From NCBI GenBank assembly GCA_963820825.1, contig CAWGBN010000008.1:544001-608000 (forward strand): a DNA stretch of 64,000 bases, in the 5' to 3' direction. Made by a program: the position numbers and the translations under genes. The notes under the pieces are model-generated. The model worked only from the letters and a program-made list of their open reading frames with translations, did no database searches and had not been told where the DNA came from. Below are positions 57,457-64,000 of the stretch, in pieces. Within the stretch, counting starts at the first letter, position 1. Each line of letters begins with the position of its first letter. The DNA is from Vulcanimicrobiota bacterium. Its GTDB lineage: Bacteria; Vulcanimicrobiota; Vulcanimicrobiia; Vulcanimicrobiales; Vulcanimicrobiaceae.

Positions 57457-59981
57457 GCGTCGGTAAAGGCTTGACTCGAGCCGCCTCCGCCGGCCGGCGG
57501 GGCGGGCTCGGTGGGGTCGCTGAAGTCGGCCGTCCAGTGCCACCTCCGAATCTCGGGCATGTCCTCCAAATGCTCGCGAATGTAATCGTGATGTTCCTCG
57601 AGCTTGCGGTTGAACGCGTCGATAACGTCGGAGACGGAGGAGCGCAGTCGCGCGATATACTTTAGGGCGTCGATGGCTAGGTGATACCGGCTCATCTTGT
57701 TGAGCACGACCATGTCGAAGGGTGTCGTCGTCGTGCCGCGATCGAGAAAGCCGCGCACGTGAAAACGTTCCTCGTTCGCGCGTCCGTGCACCATCGGATG
57801 GATCACCCAGGGATATCCGTGGAAGGCGAAGACCACGGGAGCCGCTTTGGTGAAGAGCGCTTCAAAGGAAATGTCGTCCATCCCGTGGGGATGCACGTCG
57901 GGCGCCATCAGCACCCCGAGATCGACGACGTTAACCAGCCGGATCTTGATGCCGGGCACGTGCTTTCGGAGCAGCCACGCGGCCGCGCACGTCTCGAGCG
58001 TCGGAACGTCGCCGGCGCAGGCTAAGACGACGTCGGGCTCCTCCTCACCATCGTTCGTCGCAAAGTTCCAAATCGAGGCACCGCGCGAGCAGTGATCGCG
58101 CGCGGCCTCCATATCCATCCATTGCAGATCGACCTGTTTGCCGCAGGTGACGACGTTGACGTAGCCGCGGCTGCGCAGGCAGTGATCCATCACGCTCAAC
58201 AGAGAGTTGCCGTCGGGCGGATAGTAGATACGGATCACCTCGCTCCGGCGTGCCAGCGCATTATCGACGAAACCCGGCGCCTGATGGCTGAATCCGTTGT
58301 GATCGTTGCGCCAGCAATGGCTCGTCAGAAAGACGTTGAGCGACGCGATCGGCTCGCGCCAAGGATACAGCCGCGATTCCTCGAGCCACTTCGCGTGCTG
58401 AGTGAGCATCGAATCGACGACCTGCGCGAAGGCCTCGTACGACGCCCAGACGCCGTGACGGCCGGTGAGCACGTATCCTTCGAGCCAGCCCTCGCAGCAG
58501 TGCTCGCTCAGCACCTCCATCACTCGGCCGTCGGGTCCGATGTGGTCGTCGATCGAGATGGTCGTCTCCATGCTGCACCGCGTCGTCGCGTCGAAGACGG
58601 CGTTCAAGCGATTCGAGTTCGTCTCGTCGGGACAGAGCAGCCGAAAGTTCTTCGGATTGCGCGCGATGATATCGCGCAGAAACTCGCCGAACGTGCGCGG
58701 CGCTTCGGCAACGACCGTTCCGGGCGCTGGAACGTCGAGCGAGTAGTCCCCGAAATCGGGAAGGTCGAGCGCGTCGAGCACGCGACCGCCGTTTACGCTC
58801 GGATTGGCGCCCATTCGCCGCTCGCCGCGCGGCGCTAATGCCTGCAGTTCGGCGATGAAGCGCCCGCCGGCATCGAAGAGTTCCTCCGGCTTGTAGCCGC
58901 GCATCCACGCTTCGAGCATGCGCAGGTGCTCCGGATTGCTGCGAACGTTCGCGAGCGGTACCTGATGCGCGCGGAAGGTTCCCTCAACCGGGAGACCGTC
59001 GACCTCTTTGGGACCCGTCCATCCCTTAGGCGTTCGCAAGACGATCATCGGCCAGATCGGCCGGCTTCGGACGCCGTTCGTGCGCGCGTCGTTTTGAATC
59101 GCGCGTATCTCGTCGTAGCAGTGGTCGAGCGTCCGCGCGAAGAGTTGATGGACCGTCGCCCGGTCGTCGCCCTCGACGAAATAGGGCGCGTAGCCGTGGC
59201 CGCGGTAGAGCGCGGAGAGCGCTTCGTCGCGCTCGCGCGCTTGCACCGTCGGCCCGGAGATCTTGTAACCGTTGAGATGGAGAATCGGCAAGACGGCGCC
59301 GTCTCTTGCCGGGTTCAAAAAGTCGACGCTCTTCCAACTTCCTTCGAGCGGCGCGGTCTCGGCCTCGCCGTCGCCGACGACGCAGGCGACGATCAGCTCG
59401 GGATTGTCGAAGGCCGCGCCAAAGGCGTGCAGGAGCGAATAGCCGAGCTCGCCGCCCTCGTGGATCGAGTTGGGTACGTGCGGGCCGCAGTGGCTCGAAA
59501 CGCCGCCCGGCGTCGAGAACTGGCGAAAGAAGAGGCGCATTCCTTCGATGTCTTGGGTGACCTCGTGATGCACTTCGGAGTAGGTGCCCTCGAGGTAGGA
59601 ATGCGCGTTGAGCGACGGGCCGCCGTGTCCCGGACCCGAGATGTAGATCACACTCGCATCGCGTTCGTTGATCAAGCGATTCAAGTGTACGTAAATGAAG
59701 TTTTGGCCGGCCGACGTTCCCCAATGGCCGAGCAATCGCGGCTTGATGCAATCCGCGGTGAGCGGATCGCGCAGCAGCGGGTTCTTGTAGAGATAGATTT
59801 GACCGACGCAGAGATAATTGGCGGCCATCCAATATCGATCCATGCGATCGAGCAACTCGGCGGAAAGCGGCCCTTCCGGCGTTTGAACCAAGACCGGCTC
59901 GCTGCCGTCGGCGACGGCGCTCGAGATCGCAGCGTCGAACGTAAACGCGCTGCGCGGTTTGGAGTTCACCCCAGTGGTCAT
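57453..59981 (-). CDS. xfp: Phosphoketolase (XFP family)
   Basis: [55 protein letters not shown] before ATG 59981. Confidence 0.96.
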   Translation of the reverse strand: MTTGVNSKPRSAFTFDAAISSAVADGSEPVLVQTPEGPLSAELLDRMDRYWMAANYLCVGQIYLYKNPLLRDPLTADCIKPRLLGHWGTSAGQNFIYVHLNRLINERDASVIYISGPGHGGPSLNAHSYLEGTYSEVHHEVTQDIEGMRLFFRQFSTPGGVSSHCGPHVPNSIHEGGELGYSLLHAFGAAFDNPELIVACVVGDGEAETAPLEGSWKSVDFLNPARDGAVLPILHLNGYKISGPTVQARERDEALSALYRGHGYAPYFVEGDDRATVHQLFARTLDHCYDEIRAIQNDARTNGVRSRPIWPMIVLRTPKGWTGPKEVDGLPVEGTFRAHQVPLANVRSNPEHLRMLEAWMRGYKPEELFDAGGRFIAELQALAPRGERRMGANPSVNGGRVLDALDLPDFGDYSLDVPAPGTVVAEAPRTFGEFLRDIIARNPKNFRLLCPDETNSNRLNAVFDATTRCSMETTISIDDHIGPDGRVMEVLSEHCCEGWLEGYVLTGRHGVWASYEAFAQVVDSMLTQHAKWLEESRLYPWREPIASLNVFLTSHCWRNDHNGFSHQAPGFVDNALARRSEVIRIYYPPDGNSLLSVMDHCLRSRGYVNVVTCGKQVDLQWMDMEAARDHCSRGASIWNFATNDGEEEPDVVLACAGDVPTLETCAAAWLLRKHVPGIKIRLVNVVDLGVLMAPDVHPHGMDDISFEALFTKAAPVVFAFHGYPWVIHPMVHGRANEERFHVRGFLDRGTTTTPFDMVVLNKMSRYHLAIDALKYIARLRSSVSDVIDAFNRKLEEHHDYIREHLEDMPEIRRWHWTADFSDPTEPAPPAGGGGSSQAFTDA

Positions 59982-60049
59982 CGATCGCACCTCATACGGA
60001 ACGCACCGAACCGAGGAGTTCCTCGGTCGCTCTGACAATCTTATCATTC

Positions 60050-61828
60050 ATGTGCAGAGGTTGTATCGGCGACATTTTCGGAATTGAGAAGATATTCTCC
60101 GCGGAGCCTTCGCGCGGATGGTTCATCGCGGCCTCCGTCGCCGCCGCGGGCTTTGCGGCTGCGAGCGCTCGCCCGTCGTATGCGGCGACCGGCGATAGTG
60201 CCGGCGGAGCCGCGACGCTCTTCTCCGGCGGAACGATCCTGTCGATGGACGATACGTATTCGTCGGCGAAAGCGGTGGCGATTGCAAACGGCACGATCCT
60301 CGCGATCGGCGAGCTCGACGACGTCGTCCGCGCCGCCGGTCCCGGTGCGCAACGCGTGAACCTCGATGGCCGAACGCTGATGCCCGGGCTCATCGATCCG
60401 CATCAGCATCCGATACCCGGCGGCATCATGCTCACCCAGATGATGAACGTCGGATCCGATACCTATAAGACGAAAGCCGACGTTCTCGCGGCACTCAAGG
60501 CAAAGGCTGCGGCGATGCCCGCCGGTCAGTGGATCTATGCCGATCTCTACGACAATCTGCTGCAGGGCGGCGACCTCACCATCGAAGAGCTCGACTCCGT
60601 CTCGACGGCGCATCCGATCTTCGTCTACTACGTGAGCATGCACTCCGCGACGGGAAACTCGCTCGCCTTCAAAATCGCCGGGGTCACCGCCTCGACCGGC
60701 GACCTCCCGGGAGGCGGCCACTTCGGGAAAGATTCAAGCGGCAACCTCAACGGCATGATCTTCGAGCCCCCGGCACTACAAAAATTTATCGGCGGCTTAC
60801 CGAAGCTCTCGCTCGAGCTGGTCGGTGACGCGGTCAAGAAGTTTCTCTATCAGAGTGCTGCGCTCGGAATCACGATGGTCCACGAAGCCGGTGCCTACGC
60901 GCCGACGCCGGGCGCGCTCGAGGGCTATAAAGCCGTCATGACGAGCTCGCCGGTGCGTTACAGCGCGAGCCCCGCGGTAGAGTTCATCGACGCGGCGATG
61001 GAGTTCATCAAGCCCTACGGCCAACCGGGCGCGAAGGCGCTGGAGATTCCGGGAACGCTGCTCTCGTTCTACGCGATCAAGATCGTCTCGGACGGCTCGC
61101 CGCAGCAGGAGACGGCCTTTCAGCTTCAGCCATATCTGAACAGCACGAGTACGGGAATGCCGAACTACTCGGCCGACGAGCTCAACGCGCTGGTGCTCAA
61201 GGTCAAAGAGGCCGGCTGGCCGGTCTCGATTCATTGCAACGGCGATGCGTCGCTCGAACGCGCGCTCGATGCGATCGCGGCGGCCTATGGCTCGACGCCT
61301 CCGCCGACCGGCATCAACCGCATCGAGCACTGCACGCTGGCGAATCCCGATCAAATCGCACGCATGAAAGCAATGGGCGTTCAGCCGAGCCACCTGATGA
61401 ACAATCTCTACTACTACGGCGCCGCCTATCGCGACCAGATTTTCGGCCCCGAGCGCGCCAACCGGTTCAATCCTGCCGGCAGTTACTTAGCGGCGGGAAT
61501 ACCGTTTTCGATCCATAGCGACTGCCCGTGCTCTCCGATCGCGCCGCTGCGCGAGATCGGAACGGCGGTCACGCGCATCTGTTCGACCGATGGATCGGTG
61601 ATCGGCGAGAACGAGCGCGTGCCGCTGGAGGCCGCGCTGCGCGGCATGACGACGGTCGCCGCGACGCAGTGCGGTCTCGGCGAGAAGACCGGCTCGTTGA
61701 CACCCGGAAAATATGCGGATCTCGCGATCTTGGAGAGCAATCCGCTCGCAACCGACGCGAGCAAACTCGGCGATATACGCGTCTCCGAGACGTGGGTCGG
61801 CGGTCAAAAAGTCGTGATCCCGGCATAG
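60050..61828 (+). CDS. Amidohydrolase (amidohydro_3/YtcJ-like) with Tat-like leader
   Basis: PGLIDPHQH, KIVSDG, HCNGD, RIEHC, HSDCP, GSLTPGKYADL. Confidence 0.92.
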   Translation: MCRGCIGDIFGIEKIFSAEPSRGWFIAASVAAAGFAAASARPSYAATGDSAGGAATLFSGGTILSMDDTYSSAKAVAIANGTILAIGELDDVVRAAGPGAQRVNLDGRTLMPGLIDPHQHPIPGGIMLTQMMNVGSDTYKTKADVLAALKAKAAAMPAGQWIYADLYDNLLQGGDLTIEELDSVSTAHPIFVYYVSMHSATGNSLAFKIAGVTASTGDLPGGGHFGKDSSGNLNGMIFEPPALQKFIGGLPKLSLELVGDAVKKFLYQSAALGITMVHEAGAYAPTPGALEGYKAVMTSSPVRYSASPAVEFIDAAMEFIKPYGQPGAKALEIPGTLLSFYAIKIVSDGSPQQETAFQLQPYLNSTSTGMPNYSADELNALVLKVKEAGWPVSIHCNGDASLERALDAIAAAYGSTPPPTGINRIEHCTLANPDQIARMKAMGVQPSHLMNNLYYYGAAYRDQIFGPERANRFNPAGSYLAAGIPFSIHSDCPCSPIAPLREIGTAVTRICSTDGSVIGENERVPLEAALRGMTTVAATQCGLGEKTGSLTPGKYADLAILESNPLATDASKLGDIRVSETWVGGQKVVIPA

Positions 61829-61833
61829 CGGCC

Positions 61834-63399
61834 GTGCAGAAACGATTCTTGCTCGCCGTCCTCTTCCCGCTGCTGATCGCGGCGACGGCCGGGGACGTGC
61901 CGACCGACGTCGCGCGAACGATCGCCGACATCACGTCGAAGCCGCTCTACACCCACAGCCCGTTTGGAATCTTCCTCGCCGACGAGACGACCGGGGAAAC
62001 GCTCGTCGATCGGTCGGGCGAGAAGATGTTCGTCACCGGCTCGATCATGAAAGTCTACAGCACCGCGGCGGCATTGAAAGCCTATAACCCCGGATATCGC
62101 TTCCGGACGCCCGTCTATCGCACCGGCGCGCGCAGCGGCGGTACGCTCAACGGCAACCTCATCCTCGTTGCCTCCGGCGACTTCAGCTTCGGTCTGCGCG
62201 ACCGGCCCGACGGCACGCTCGCATTCAACAGCCTTCCGCAGATCGATCACAACTATGCCTTCACCGGTTTTCCAGGCGCCGCGCTCGTACCGAATAGCGA
62301 TCCGCTACGCGTTCTCGACGAACTCGCGCGCAAGGTGCGCGCCGCTGGAATCACTCGCATACGGGGAGCGGTCGCAATCGACGACCGGCTCTTTGCCTCT
62401 TATAACGGGTGGCCCGACGGTCTGATCTCGCCGATATGGATCAACGAAAACCTCATCGACATCACCGTAACGCCGGCGAAGTCGGGCCGACGCGCGACGG
62501 TGCAGTGGCGCCCGAAGGTTGCGATCGATACGGTCGAGTCGCGCGTTACGACGGTCGCGAGCGGAACCAAGACGCAGCCGCTCGAGGTCAAGCGCGTCCG
62601 CGCGGGTTTGATCCAAGTGAGCGGCACGATCGCCGCCGATGCCAAGCCGACGCTGGTGACCTCGCAGATCGAGCATCCCGCCGATTTTGCCCGCGTCGCG
62701 TTCGTTGAAGCGCTGCGCCGCGCGGGCGTCTCGGTCGACGCGAGCGCATCGGGTTCAAATCGGGCAAGCGTGCTGCCGAGCCGCAATTCGTACGCGCCGG
62801 CGATGATGGTCGCCGAACACGTCTCGCCGCCGCTCTCGCAGTACGTCAAAGTTATCCTGAAGATCAGCTACAATCGCGGAGCCGACTTGATGGTCTGTCT
62901 CGTCGCCGTGCAAGCCGGGAGCCGCACCTGCACCGACGGTCTCGCTCCGGAGGTCGAGACCATCACCGCTCTCGGCGTATCGCCGCAGAGCACGATCGTC
63001 TACGACGGCGCCGGCTCCGAAGATAACGGGCGCACCTCACCCGCCGATGAGGCGACGTTCCTGCGCAGATTGCTCGGCGTGCCGTGGGGCCACTACGTCC
63101 ACGACGGCATGGAGATTCTTGGCGTCGACGGACTCCAAGCGACCAACGGCGTCGGCACCCCGGCCGCCGGAAAGGTTCGCATCAAAGATGGAACGCGGCT
63201 CGTCGGATCGCCCAGCGGTCAGGTCTATCTTCCCGCAAAGACGCAGGTCGGGTACATCGATGCGAAGAGCGGACGCAAGCTCGTCTACGCCGTCTTCCTC
63301 AACGACATCCCGACCACCGAAACGGCGTCGTTCGAGACCTTTCAAACCGCCGATCGCGACGAGTCCACGATCGTCGAAGCAATCCAAGCCAGCTACTAA
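61834..63399 (+). CDS. dacB: D-alanyl-D-alanine carboxypeptidase/endopeptidase, peptidase S13
   Basis: GSIMK (SxxK), FRTPVY, GNLILVASGD, SYN, DGAG, KDGT. Confidence 0.85.
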   Translation: MQKRFLLAVLFPLLIAATAGDVPTDVARTIADITSKPLYTHSPFGIFLADETTGETLVDRSGEKMFVTGSIMKVYSTAAALKAYNPGYRFRTPVYRTGARSGGTLNGNLILVASGDFSFGLRDRPDGTLAFNSLPQIDHNYAFTGFPGAALVPNSDPLRVLDELARKVRAAGITRIRGAVAIDDRLFASYNGWPDGLISPIWINENLIDITVTPAKSGRRATVQWRPKVAIDTVESRVTTVASGTKTQPLEVKRVRAGLIQVSGTIAADAKPTLVTSQIEHPADFARVAFVEALRRAGVSVDASASGSNRASVLPSRNSYAPAMMVAEHVSPPLSQYVKVILKISYNRGADLMVCLVAVQAGSRTCTDGLAPEVETITALGVSPQSTIVYDGAGSEDNGRTSPADEATFLRRLLGVPWGHYVHDGMEILGVDGLQATNGVGTPAAGKVRIKDGTRLVGSPSGQVYLPAKTQVGYIDAKSGRKLVYAVFLNDIPTTETASFETFQTADRDESTIVEAIQASY

Positions 63400-64000
63400 G
63401 GGAGCCCGTATTCGTCGTGGCGGCGAAGCCACGGACCCATGCCTCCCTCGCCCTCGTGGCGTCCCTTCGGCACGAGATCCAAGTAGTTGTACGCGGTATT
63501 CATCAGGTCGATTCCGCGGCCGTAGGCCGAATAGGTGTGATAGATGCGACCGGCATCGTCTTTGTAGAAGACGCTGATGCCGGGCAGATCGGTATCGTCC
63601 GCGTCCAGCTCGAGATCGACGTAGTTGTATTGGCCGTGTCCTTTTGCGCGATCCGCATCGGAAAACGATACGCCGTAATCGTAGTTGAACGTGTTGAAGT
63701 TCGACGAGTACCACGGGAAGCTCCAGCCCATTCGCTCTTCATAGGCGGCGAGCGTCGCGTACGGCGCGCGCGAGATCGCAACCATCGTCACGTCGCGGTG
63801 ATTTAAGTGCACGCCGACCGGATTGAAGTTATCCGCCCAAAACGAACACGACTTGCATCCCGCGTCCCAATCGGGAGCGTACATAAAGTGGTAGACGACG
63901 AGCTGGCGACGCCCGTCGAAGAGGTCGGAGAGACTTTGGGCGCCCTGCGCGCCGTCGAATACGTACTCGGTGGTGACGAGTTCCCACGGCAGGTCGCGCC
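63396..64000 (-). CDS. DUF899 (thioredoxin-like) family protein, 5' end beyond the window
   Basis: LFDGRRQLVVYHFM, GCKSCSFWAD, HTYSAYGRG, YLDLVPKGR. Confidence 0.92.
   Translation of the reverse strand, partial: RDLPWELVTTEYVFDGAQGAQSLSDLFDGRRQLVVYHFMYAPDWDAGCKSCSFWADNFNPVGVHLNHRDVTMVAISRAPYATLAAYEERMGWSFPWYSSNFNTFNYDYGVSFSDADRAKGHGQYNYVDLELDADDTDLPGISVFYKDDAGRIYHTYSAYGRGIDLMNTAYNYLDLVPKGRHEGEGGMGPWLRRHDEYGLP

Overview
High-GC bacterial chromosomal window, gene-dense (about 60 CDS), with no rRNA, tRNA, CRISPR array, transposase or integrase recognised. The gene mix (GloVer/TIGR03803 repeat lipoproteins, NHL-type lipoproteins, cyclase- and HTH-fused STAND/TPR proteins, many secreted hypotheticals) suggests Candidatus Eremiobacterota; this is inference, not a marker-gene call. 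Ordinary content: ECF41-type sigma, malic enzyme, kumamolisin-like S53 peptidase, a MoxR/DUF58/DUF4350/DUF4129/RDD/SpoIIM cluster, phosphoketolase, acetate kinase and DacB. Several genes carry clustered small indels that look like long-read consensus errors. Most notable: (1) a cytoplasmic GH1 glycosidase (12793-14973) whose barrel is interrupted by a circularly permuted amino-acid-binding (SBP_bac_3/PEB1a-like) domain, a candidate natural ligand-gated enzyme; (2) a dispersed palindromic repeat family (TGTCATCCTGAGC-hairpin-GTCGAAGG, about 12 sites) that brackets single genes, supplies start/stop codons and is translated in frame inside the GH1 protein; (3) a lower-GC XRE-HTH plus wHTH/PUA-like/PD-(D/E)xK nuclease pair, a candidate modification-dependent restriction module; (4) a circularly permuted D-amino acid oxidase with a single-arginine Tat-like leader. 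All family assignments come from motif recognition by eye; no searches were run.
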